64,000 nt of DNA from Bryobacterales bacterium (GTDB lineage: Bacteria; Acidobacteriota; Terriglobia; Bryobacterales; UBA6623). Positions 10,659 through 19,126 of this stretch are shown here, piece by piece (position 1 is the stretch's first letter; the number at the start of each line of letters is the position of its first letter). The notes beneath the pieces are model-generated. The model saw only the letters and a program-made list of their open reading frames with translations, ran no database searches and was not told the DNA's origin. The stretch spans positions 2,656,001 through 2,720,000 of the forward strand of contig OY729428.2 in the NCBI GenBank assembly GCA_963422375.2, in the 5' to 3' direction. The position numbers and the translations under genes were made by a program.

Positions 10659-11501
10659 CTATTGCGAGAGTCGCAGCGCTTGGAGCTGTCGCTCCGCCTC
10701 CCTCCACCGCCGCTCGGCCTCCCGGCGCGCCCGCGCCTCCTCGGCAGTCCGCCGCTCGGCCTCCCGGCGCGCCCGCGCCTCCTCGGCTCGCTGCCGGTCC
10801 GACTCGGCCCGTGCCGCCTCCGACTCCTCCGGCGTCCGCAAGTATTCTCCCGCGACCGGATCCCACATGCGCAGGCGCTGCGCGATCCCGTCGTATCGCA
10901 GTTCCAAACCCAGCACGGCGCTGCGGATGGAGATCTCCGCGTCGGGTAGCCGCTGCGCCGGCAGCGGCTTGAACCCGGCCCCTTCCAGGCGGCCGCCATA
11001 GAGACGCTCCGGCAGCAGGTTGCCCATCGGGTCGTAGCGGAAGTATTCGCGCACGCCCAAGCGCGCGTAGAGCGGCGGCTTGTCCTTCAAGTCGACCTTG
11101 ACGGTGCCCGGCGAGGCAACTTCCAGCACGAAGTCCGGCGCCTTGCCCTCCTCCCACACCAGATACGACATGCGATGCCCTCCGCGGACGCCCAAGGCCA
11201 CCATCACGTCCGGCACCACCCTCGTTCCGGCGTCGCCCTTGACGTAGTACACCAGCAGGTTGTTGGCCACCAGCACGTCCTCGCGCCCGCGGAAGTGATG
11301 CCTCAGCATCAACGTGGCATTGCCATTCGCCTCTTCCTGGAAGGTGTTGTCCGCCATCGGGCGACCGTCCGAGCAAGGGTACTGCACCTCGGCCGCCGCG
11401 GGTGCCGGCCTGCGCCTCCGCCGAAGGGGCACGCCCCCCGGCGAGCGGCGCCCGCGGCCCGCCGTCAACGGCACCTGCTGCTCAATCTGCTTGCCCGGCA
11501 T
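10659..11501 (-). CDS. Uma2 (DUF820) family PD-(D/E)xK putative endonuclease with coiled-coil tail
   Basis: YPCSDGRPMAD, VPDVMVA, PDFVLEVASPGT...D...K..LYARLGVREYFRYDP; C-terminal AEEARARREAERR repeats. Confidence 0.92.
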   Translation of the reverse strand: MPGKQIEQQVPLTAGRGRRSPGGVPLRRRRRPAPAAAEVQYPCSDGRPMADNTFQEEANGNATLMLRHHFRGREDVLVANNLLVYYVKGDAGTRVVPDVMVALGVRGGHRMSYLVWEEGKAPDFVLEVASPGTVKVDLKDKPPLYARLGVREYFRYDPMGNLLPERLYGGRLEGAGFKPLPAQRLPDAEISIRSAVLGLELRYDGIAQRLRMWDPVAGEYLRTPEESEAARAESDRQRAEEARARREAERRTAEEARARREAERRWREAERQLQALRLSQ

Positions 11502-12453
11502 GGGACCTGACGACGCGCCGCTTCGGTGCCAGCTCAGTATAGCGGATGCGTCCGTAGGGACCGCCACCCGGCCCGGACGGTCCGAGCACGGCCGCTGCCG
11601 CGCACCGGATCGCCCCAGGGGCCCGCTGCCGCATCGCAGTCTGGAGCCGTGCGGTGATGGCACGCCTTTCGCCAAGGATCCGACAGCCCCGGCCGCCCGC
11701 GGACTCAGCGGCCCGCACATGGAGGCAGGTGGAAGCGGCCGGCTGGTGCAGGACATCCAGCTCGAGCCATCGGCGTGCAGGGACCGAAGGCCTTCCGGAG
11801 GGCCGAATCGCCAAGTGACGCGCGATGGCGCCGGACGGCGCCAATCGCCTCTCCATCCAAAGTGGGGGCCCCGCGGGAGCCTCTGTCGCCGTCGGTCGAT
11901 GAAGGCCTAGGCATTCCTAGAAGCGAGGCCGAGCCTGCGGATCGGCCAGGTGCCGCGCAAGGGCGGATGCGTGCCCGACGGCACCCAGCTTGCAGCGCCC
12001 GCGATGGGGGCTAGGCAGCTGCGACCAGGCCGCCGCCAAGGGCCCCCTCAGCCGGAATTCCGCGCTCCGCAGCAAGCCCGAGACGCGGTTGGTCGGCTCT
12101 CGGGCACGGTATGGGGCCCATTCCCCCGACATCCCGTAGTCGTGTCGCTTGCGAGGTCGCCGGTAGGACAACTCCGACGGACCGGGAGAAGCGCGCCACC
12201 TGCCAACTGCCCCGGCGCGGATTCCCGGCCCGGCCGCGACACTCTTCGATCACTAGGATGTGGATGCCGGTCGCCCGGAACCGACTTGAAGCCGCGACGG
12301 AAACGGCGAGACGACCGGCACTCCGCCGAACTCGGAAACTCCTTGTGAATGCAGGGTATTCGGCAGCTCGGGAACTCGCTCGGCTGTCTCGACGCCGGGG
12401 CGCCCGGGGCCTTCCCCTAGCACCCCCGCCTAACTTGCTAGAATGCCGCCTAA

Positions 12454-15129
12454 ATGAGCATCTCGGTGAACCGCAGGTCCTTCTTGCGCGCCGCCGCCGG
12501 AACGGCGGCGGCCGCTGCCGCTGCCCGTGCGGCGCACTCGGTCTCCTTCGAGAGGCCCGACTCCCTCTACCACGGCGACGACTGGGAGACGCTCAATCCG
12601 GGCTACTGGGGCATCCGCGACGGCGCCCTGCGCCGCCGGATCCACAACTACGGAGACCGCGCACGCAACACGGGCTTCCCCTACCACTACGAGACGCACG
12701 GGGACCGCATGGGCGGCTACAGCATGCCCGTCGACTACGATCCGTCGCTCCCGCCCGGCCTGATCTGGCAGCGGGGCTGGCGCCTGGCCGGGAACTACCG
12801 GCTGGAGATGGCGGGCCGGGTCCATGCTCCCGCCCACGGCCCGTCCGAGGGCGACGATCCGACTTGGAGCATGTACCAGGCGGGCTACGGCCTGCTCGGG
12901 TTGGCCTTCGGATCGGCCACTCTGTACGAGTCCTACGGCATGGGCGGCGGGAACGGCAAGTCCGCCTGGATCGCGGCGTGGACGGACGACGGCTACTTTG
13001 GCATCCGGGAGCACGGATCGGACGCCATCGTCGCGATCGAGCGCGTCCCGCGCCCCGCGGAAGGCGAGCGGTTCCGCATCGCCGTCGAGGTCACGGGAAG
13101 CGATGCGCGCACGGCCGCGCTGGCCGCCTGGCTCGAGATCGAGGGCCGCGGGCGGGTGGCCGAGGTGAGCGTCGGCAACGTGGACCGGGCCAAGAATCTC
13201 GCGGGCTTCGCGGGCGTCGCCGGACGCGGGCTGCTCGACTTCGACGTGGGCGAGTACGTCGTCGAGCCGGGCCAGAGCAGCCCGCTCGAGCCGCGCATCA
13301 ACGAATGCCACGCCTGCTACGCCTTGGGCGACACCCTGCGCGAGGAGGGCGGAGCATGGCGCGTGCGCTTCATCGGGCTATTCCGTGGCGACGGCGAAAC
13401 GGCCGAGGTACGCATCGCGGACACTCCGAACCCCGCGGGCGGCTGGGAGTCGGTGCCGGTGGCCGGGTCCGCTCCGGTGGTCAACAACGACTTCCGGCGC
13501 AACACCGCCGTGATCGACGCCGCGCTGCCGCGCAACCCGGCGGAAACGAATCTTTACTACACGGTATGGAAAGACGGCATGGACGTGACCGGGGACCCCA
13601 GACTGGGGTCGGACGCCGTGGGGATCGGCACGGGGCAGGTCGGCGAGGTCCCGGCGAGCGGCACCTACGTCGGCAGGCTGCCGCGCCTGTCCGCTCCCTA
13701 CAAGCTGTGCGGCCTGTCCTGCCATGCCATCCACAGCGGTGGGCCCAAGCTGCCGGACGCTGGCCGGGGGGGCGGGTTCTGGGTCCACGACCAGCCCACG
13801 CCGGGCGCCTACCGGCACCTCGAGGAATTCGGGTTCCAAGTCATGATGTGGGAAGACGATGTCTGGTACATGGAGCTGCTGCTGTACCCGCCGTCCCCCG
13901 ACGACGCCTATAAGATCGTCACGACCACGCTGTGCGGGCCGACCACGCGTTGGCAGATGATGCGCCACTGGAACACGATCAACCCGGGCGACCACGACTA
14001 CGGCATGGACGACGTCAAGGGCCCAGAGCAGATCGCCATCCGATCCCACGCGGATCTCGGCCAGGACCGCGACTACATGCGGCGCAACTTCCAGATCGTC
14101 CACCATCTGGTCACGGGGGACGACGCCCCTTCCGGCACGGCGAACCCCAAGAAGTGGCGCCGCTGGAAGATGCCGAACCGCGACTTCAGCCTCCTCATCG
14201 TCGATTCGCGCCTGTGGCGCTCGAGCCAGGACACCAACATCTGGGACGACCAAGGCTGGGGCGCCAAGCGAAGCCTCTACACGCGCGAGGACGTTACGCG
14301 CAGCCTGCTGGGCGAGGAGCAGTTCGCGTGGCTCCGGGAGACCGTCCGCACCGATTCCTCGCCGCTGATGTGCCTCACCGGGATTAACGGTATGCACACG
14401 ATCTGGATTGGAAACGGACGGCGTCCCGACGCCAAGACCGTGCTCGGGGAGCGCGACCGGGTTGCCGCGGACTACGCCGGATGGGTGGCCGCGGGGGCGA
14501 ACCGCGTGCTGGACGTGCTGGGCTCCCGCTCGGGGGTGACCACGGTGTACGGGGACGTGCATGTCGGAATGATCCTGCGGAACGTCGAGCAGCGCGTCTT
14601 CGAGTGCTCGTTCGGCCCGATCGGGCGGAGCGGCGGACGGGGAGTCAAGGAAGGCTTCGGCCCGCGCATGCGCGATTTCGACGGGCGCGAGGTCGAGATC
14701 AGGGCGCTCTACCACCAGAGCTACGACACGCCGGACCTGCGTAAGCTGGACGGGCCCTTCTACTGGAACTTCCTGGAAATGGAGTTCGACCCGAGGGGGG
14801 ACGATCCTCTGATCGGGCTGCGCGTGCGCAACCTGGTCGACTCGCCCGGGGAGGATCCCCGCGGCGGCGGCTCCGTGCGCGAGAGGGCGTCCGGCACGGG
14901 GCGGGAGCCGACCTGCTCGCTGCCCCGCACGAAGCTCCTGCCGGAAGCGGACGTGCTGCTGTCCCGGCTGGACGGACGGCCGCTGCGCGGGGCAAGAACG
15001 CTCGCCGACGGTACTCTGCCGATCCGCGGGCTGGCCGGGGTCGCACCCGGGGAGACCGTCCTAGCGACGGCTCGGTCCGGGCGGAGGGTCGTGGCGAAGG
15101 CCATCGCAGCCGGCCCGCGCGACGCCTGA
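12454..15129 (+). CDS. Tat-exported PhoD-like metallophosphoesterase with long N-terminal extension
   Basis: Tat signal NRRSFLRAAAG; PhoD-like motifs WEDDVWY, PGDHDY, DSRLWRS, LLGEEQFAWL, YGDVH. Confidence 0.72.
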   Translation: MSISVNRRSFLRAAAGTAAAAAAARAAHSVSFERPDSLYHGDDWETLNPGYWGIRDGALRRRIHNYGDRARNTGFPYHYETHGDRMGGYSMPVDYDPSLPPGLIWQRGWRLAGNYRLEMAGRVHAPAHGPSEGDDPTWSMYQAGYGLLGLAFGSATLYESYGMGGGNGKSAWIAAWTDDGYFGIREHGSDAIVAIERVPRPAEGERFRIAVEVTGSDARTAALAAWLEIEGRGRVAEVSVGNVDRAKNLAGFAGVAGRGLLDFDVGEYVVEPGQSSPLEPRINECHACYALGDTLREEGGAWRVRFIGLFRGDGETAEVRIADTPNPAGGWESVPVAGSAPVVNNDFRRNTAVIDAALPRNPAETNLYYTVWKDGMDVTGDPRLGSDAVGIGTGQVGEVPASGTYVGRLPRLSAPYKLCGLSCHAIHSGGPKLPDAGRGGGFWVHDQPTPGAYRHLEEFGFQVMMWEDDVWYMELLLYPPSPDDAYKIVTTTLCGPTTRWQMMRHWNTINPGDHDYGMDDVKGPEQIAIRSHADLGQDRDYMRRNFQIVHHLVTGDDAPSGTANPKKWRRWKMPNRDFSLLIVDSRLWRSSQDTNIWDDQGWGAKRSLYTREDVTRSLLGEEQFAWLRETVRTDSSPLMCLTGINGMHTIWIGNGRRPDAKTVLGERDRVAADYAGWVAAGANRVLDVLGSRSGVTTVYGDVHVGMILRNVEQRVFECSFGPIGRSGGRGVKEGFGPRMRDFDGREVEIRALYHQSYDTPDLRKLDGPFYWNFLEMEFDPRGDDPLIGLRVRNLVDSPGEDPRGGGSVRERASGTGREPTCSLPRTKLLPEADVLLSRLDGRPLRGARTLADGTLPIRGLAGVAPGETVLATARSGRRVVAKAIAAGPRDA

Positions 15130-15135
15130 GTCGAC

Positions 15136-16026
15136 CTACTCCGGAGAGCAGCCCTGCGGCACGAAGGCCCGCATGGGGACCAGTTCGATTCCCCGCTCCT
15201 CGATCAAGGCGCGCACTTCGGGATCGGTCCACGCCTTGAGCACCGCCCCGCGCCGCCGGTACCAGAACTCGCCGCGAGCGCTGTCGACAGCCAGCAGTTC
15301 CGCTGTACGGACGGCGGGATGCCCTACGTAGAGGTGCAGGCCCGGACGGAGCGCCGACAGCGCCTCGGTCAAGGCGCGCTTGACCCCGGCGTCGTCATTG
15401 TCTTCGGGGTAGTCCGGCGCGAAGCGGCGCTCCCCGTACCGTCCCGCGCTGGAGACCGCCAGGCAGAACTCCTCGGCGAGGCGCAGCGTGACCGGGAGGA
15501 GCTCCTCGCGGCAGGCGAGCCCCATGTGGCAATCGAGATAGTCCAGGCCGAGCCCCGCGCGCAGGGCATGCTCGATCTGCGCCCGGAACTCCGTTTCGAC
15601 CTCGCCCGGATCGGGAGAGTGCCGCGCCCAAGGGGCGCTCCCTTCGGGCCAGTCGGCGGGCTGCAGCCGACCGTAGCCCCGGCCCCAGAAGCGGCCGTCC
15701 GGCGCCACCAGACTGGGCACGGCGGCGACCGCCGCGAGCGGCCCCCAGCGCACGCGGTTCCACTCGCTCGTGATCGTCAAGTGGACGCCCAGGCTCCATT
15801 CGGGCCGCTGCCTCGCGATGGCTGCGGTCTCCGCGAACCACGGCGCCGGCACCAGCACGCTCGCGGAGGTCATGATGCCCTCATCGAAGGCCCGTCGCAT
15901 GGCCTCGTTCGACGAGTGGACGTAGCCGAAGTCGTCGCCGCGGACAACGAGCCGGATCGCCCCGTCGCCGTCCTGGGCGAACGCCGCTTGGACTAGCAGC
16001 AGCCCGGCAGCCAGTCCTGCCCGCAT
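15136..16026 (-). CDS. ChbG/HpnK/YdjC family carbohydrate deacetylase
   Basis: RGDDFG, TSASVLV, GVHLTITSEW, YLDCHMG, GHP motifs; signal peptide. Confidence 0.9.
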   Translation of the reverse strand: MRAGLAAGLLLVQAAFAQDGDGAIRLVVRGDDFGYVHSSNEAMRRAFDEGIMTSASVLVPAPWFAETAAIARQRPEWSLGVHLTITSEWNRVRWGPLAAVAAVPSLVAPDGRFWGRGYGRLQPADWPEGSAPWARHSPDPGEVETEFRAQIEHALRAGLGLDYLDCHMGLACREELLPVTLRLAEEFCLAVSSAGRYGERRFAPDYPEDNDDAGVKRALTEALSALRPGLHLYVGHPAVRTAELLAVDSARGEFWYRRRGAVLKAWTDPEVRALIEERGIELVPMRAFVPQGCSPE

Positions 16027-16052
16027 GGCTGGCAACCCGACTCCGCGCGGGC

Positions 16053-16673
16053 CTACACCGGACGCAGGGGCTGGGACGGCACCGCGGCCGACGGGGGCGG
16101 CCTTTGCGCCTCGGCGGCGTTCCTGGGCGGTCGCGAGTCCTTGCGCGGCCCGATCATCATGCTCATGGTCCGCCCCTCAATCCGAGGCTTGGTCTCCGGG
16201 CTGCCCACTTCCGCCACGTCGCCGGCCAAGTCTCGCAGAATCCGCTCCCCGATATTGGCGTGGGTGATTTCCCTGCCCCGGAAGAAGATCGTCGCCTTGA
16301 CCTTGTTCCCCTCCTTGAGGAAGCGCAGCGCGTGGTTCTTCTTGAACTCGTAGTCGTGCTGGTCCGTGTTCGGACGGAACTTGACCTCCTTCACCTCGAT
16401 GCGGTGCTGCTTCTTCTTGGCCTCGTTCTTCTTCTTCTTCTCGAGGTAGGAGTACTCGCCGTAGTCGATGACCTTGGCGACCGGCGGCTGGGCCGTCGGG
16501 GAGACCAGCACCAAGTCCAGCCCCAGCTCCTTGGCTCGACGGATCCCCTCGCTGGTCGGCATGACCTGCGTCTGGCCGTCTGGAAAGACAACTCGCACCT
16601 CGCGAGCTCGAATCGTCTCGTTGACATTCTGTCGTCTGACCCGGCGAATCGGGCGGTAACGTCTCCGGAAAAT
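16053..16673 (-). CDS. infC: translation initiation factor IF-3
   Basis: NETIRAREVRV, LDLVLVSP..PPVAKVIDY, KEVKFRP, KVKATIFFRGRE; in-frame ATT start at 16673 after an AAGGGGG SD. Confidence 0.97.
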   Translation of the reverse strand: MFRRRYRPIRRVRRQNVNETIRAREVRVVFPDGQTQVMPTSEGIRRAKELGLDLVLVSPTAQPPVAKVIDYGEYSYLEKKKKNEAKKKQHRIEVKEVKFRPNTDQHDYEFKKNHALRFLKEGNKVKATIFFRGREITHANIGERILRDLAGDVAEVGSPETKPRIEGRTMSMMIGPRKDSRPPRNAAEAQRPPPSAAVPSQPLRPV

Positions 16674-16956
16674 ACTATCCCCCTTGCTCGCAGTGTCGCA
16701 CCGGAACGCCCAGCGACGGCAGGTAAGCCCGGGCACGCCGCGGCGCACAGTCCCAGTCGATCAGCGTCTCCCTCAGCGGGGCTCCTCGCACGGCCCGCCG
16801 ACTGCCCGGCCAGTCCGCACCATTCCTACGAGCGCCCACATGGTAGCACACCCGCGACGCCCAAGCACTCGCGACCTCGGCTCGCAGGAATCGGAACATC
16901 TCAGAGCGCCGACGGGCATCGCGCCGACGGACCGGCGGCGGCGGCCTCCGTCCCGG

Positions 16957-16986
16957 TTGACATGCGCGAGGAATCAGCCTTAGCAT
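16957..16986 (+). promoter_or_regulatory. sigma70-type promoter for the HU/IHF gene
   Basis: TTGACA (16957-16962), 18-nt spacer, TAGCAT (16981-16986). Confidence 0.6.
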
Positions 16987-17018
16987 AAGCACTCTAGGCG
17001 AGCCGCCGCTCCGCTCCG

Positions 17019-17444
17019 ATGATCAAGACCGACTTAATCCGCCGCATAGCGTCCGAGACCGGACTCAGCAAGCTTCAGGCGGAGGTCGCATTGGACTCGA
17101 TGCTGGATCTAATCAAGGACGCTTTGATTGAAGGCGAGCGCATCGAGCTACGCGGATTCGGCGTATTCGAAGTCCGCCGCCGCAAGCCGAGCATCGGGCG
17201 CAACCCGCGTACTCGTGAAGAAGTTCCCATTCCGTCCAGCATGACGGTACGCTTCAAGCCCGGCAAGCAATTCCAATCCGACTGGACATCGCAGGATGCA
17301 ATGCCCGAGGCCGAGTCGGAACCCGCGACGGCGGCTCCGGCGCGTGCGAAGGCCGAGTCTCCGGCGGCCAAGCCCAAGCCGCCGGCTCCCAAACCCGACC
17401 CGCGTGAGAGCGATCCCGGGTGGGGATTCCTGGACGTTCGCTAG
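17019..17444 (+). CDS. HU/IHF family DNA-binding protein with Pro/Ala-rich C-terminal tail
   Basis: MIKTDLI...GERIELRGFGVFEVRRRKPSIGRNPRTREEVPIP...VRFKPGK. Confidence 0.95.
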   Translation: MIKTDLIRRIASETGLSKLQAEVALDSMLDLIKDALIEGERIELRGFGVFEVRRRKPSIGRNPRTREEVPIPSSMTVRFKPGKQFQSDWTSQDAMPEAESEPATAAPARAKAESPAAKPKPPAPKPDPRESDPGWGFLDVR

Positions 17445-17549
17445 GCCGGCGGGCGGGCCGGCAACCGGTTGCGGGCCGGAGCAGGCGACCGAGGCGTTCC
17501 CTTCGCGGCCCGGCCGCCGCACCCGACCACTCAGGGGAGCCCCGACTCG

Positions 17550-18284
17550 TCAGGAGAACGCCTGATTCGTCGGCGTGATGACCAATTCCGGGATGCATGC
17601 CCGCGGGTGCAGCGTCGCGACCAAGAGCGCGGCCTGCGCCACGTCCTCCGGCTGCAGCATGGCCGCCCGGCAGTCGTCGGGCGGCACCACCGGACGGCGG
17701 TCAAGGATAGGGGTGTTGACCTCGCCGGGGCAAATCACGCAGGAGCGGATGCCGCACGGCCCCTCTTCCAAGTGAGTCGCGAGACTGAGCGAGCGCACCC
17801 CGTGCTTGCTCGCGCTGTAGCTCGGCCCGCCAATCACCGACGTACGCACGCCGGCGATGGAGGAGACCGTGATCACGACGCCATCCCGGCGCTCGCGCAT
17901 TCCCGGCAGCACGGCCTGCAGCAAGTAGAAGGGCCCGTTCAGGTTCACTTGGATGACTCGGTCGAAGTCATCCTTGCTGAGTTCGGAGAGAGCCCGGCGA
18001 GGCACGTTCGTGCCCGCATTGCTGACTAGAATGTCGATCTGCGGCAGCCGCCGCAGCGCCCAGTCCACCGTCTCCGCGACCGCATCGGCCTCGCCGACGT
18101 CCATCGCGCGGGGGTGCATCCTCGCGCCCGCTGCGCCGCTCGCGGCCTTGGAACGCTCCAGCTTGGCGAGGGTGCGCCCGGTCGTGACTACCTCGGCGCC
18201 CTCCGCGGCGAAACACCTAGCCACGGCCTCGCCGATGCCGCTGCCCGCTCCGGTGACGATCGCGCCCTTGCCCTTGAGTCTCAT
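17550..18284 (-). CDS. short-chain dehydrogenase/reductase (SDR)
   Basis: TGAGSGIG, NAG, catalytic Ser and YSASK. Confidence 0.93.
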   Translation of the reverse strand: MRLKGKGAIVTGAGSGIGEAVARCFAAEGAEVVTTGRTLAKLERSKAASGAAGARMHPRAMDVGEADAVAETVDWALRRLPQIDILVSNAGTNVPRRALSELSKDDFDRVIQVNLNGPFYLLQAVLPGMRERRDGVVITVSSIAGVRTSVIGGPSYSASKHGVRSLSLATHLEEGPCGIRSCVICPGEVNTPILDRRPVVPPDDCRAAMLQPEDVAQAALLVATLHPRACIPELVITPTNQAFS

Positions 18285-18430
18285 GTAATGTGCTGCCGTC
18301 GCGCCGCCGAGCGGCGCGACCTTCCTATGGTACTTCCGGGTGCGACCGGGACGCGGGATTCGCACGGCAGGCAACCCGGAGGCCGCGGAGCAGGGTCGGC
18401 CTCGGCGTCCTATAATGGCGGAGGAATTGC

Positions 18431-19126
18431 ATGCCGCAGACCGTCATCGTCGTAGAGGACGACCGGGATCTCTGCACGCTCTTGGAATACAACCTAGGCA
18501 AGAGCGGCTACAGAACCGTGATCTTCCATCGCCTCGAGGGGGTCATGGGGGCGGTCCAGCGGGACCGCCCGGACCTGATCCTGCTGGACGTCATGCTGCC
18601 TGACGGCGACGGCTTCGACTTCTGCCGGAGCTTGCGCGCGGATCCGGCGACAGCGGGCATCCCGGTGCTGTTCCTGACCGCTCGCAGCCAGGAGATCGAC
18701 CGCATCCTCGGCCTCGAGATCGGCGGCGACGACTACATCACGAAGCCGTTTAGCCCGCGCGAGCTGCTGGCGCGGATCAAGGCCCACCTGCGTCGCGGGA
18801 ACGGCAGCGGCGACCGCAACGTCCTCGCCGCGCAGGGACTCGAGATCGACTTCAACGCCCGTCGGGCGAGACGGGAAGGCCGCACCCTGAGCTTGACCGC
18901 GACTGAGTTCTCCCTGCTCAGATTCCTCGCGGAGAACCCAGGGAAGGCTTACACGCGGCAGCAGCTAATCGGGGAGATCTGGAACGGCCGGTCCCATATC
19001 ACCCTCCGCAACATCGACGTGCATATCCGGCGCTTGCGGGAGCACATCGAGACGGATCCGAAACGGCCTCAATGGCTGCACACGGTGCGGGGCTTCGGCT
19101 ACCGTTTCGACATCCCGACAGAATGA
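18431..19126 (+). CDS. phoB: OmpR/PhoB-family response regulator (PhoB/PhoP-like)
   Basis: VEDD, LLDVMLP, FLTAR, YITKPF, winged helix DVHIRRLR...TVRGFGY; TATAAT at 18411; symbol is tentative. Confidence 0.8.
   Translation: MPQTVIVVEDDRDLCTLLEYNLGKSGYRTVIFHRLEGVMGAVQRDRPDLILLDVMLPDGDGFDFCRSLRADPATAGIPVLFLTARSQEIDRILGLEIGGDDYITKPFSPRELLARIKAHLRRGNGSGDRNVLAAQGLEIDFNARRARREGRTLSLTATEFSLLRFLAENPGKAYTRQQLIGEIWNGRSHITLRNIDVHIRRLREHIETDPKRPQWLHTVRGFGYRFDIPTE

Noticed and set aside
11568..11612. Short similarity (CCGGCCCGGAC.GTCC, GCGCACCGGATC) to the IS tail at ~32808-32870
   Set aside because: Blocks are short, in different order, and plausible by chance at this GC content
18380..18430. Pho box upstream of the PhoB/PhoR-like operon
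   Set aside because: No CTGTCAT-like 11-bp-spaced direct repeats seen; only a TATAAT
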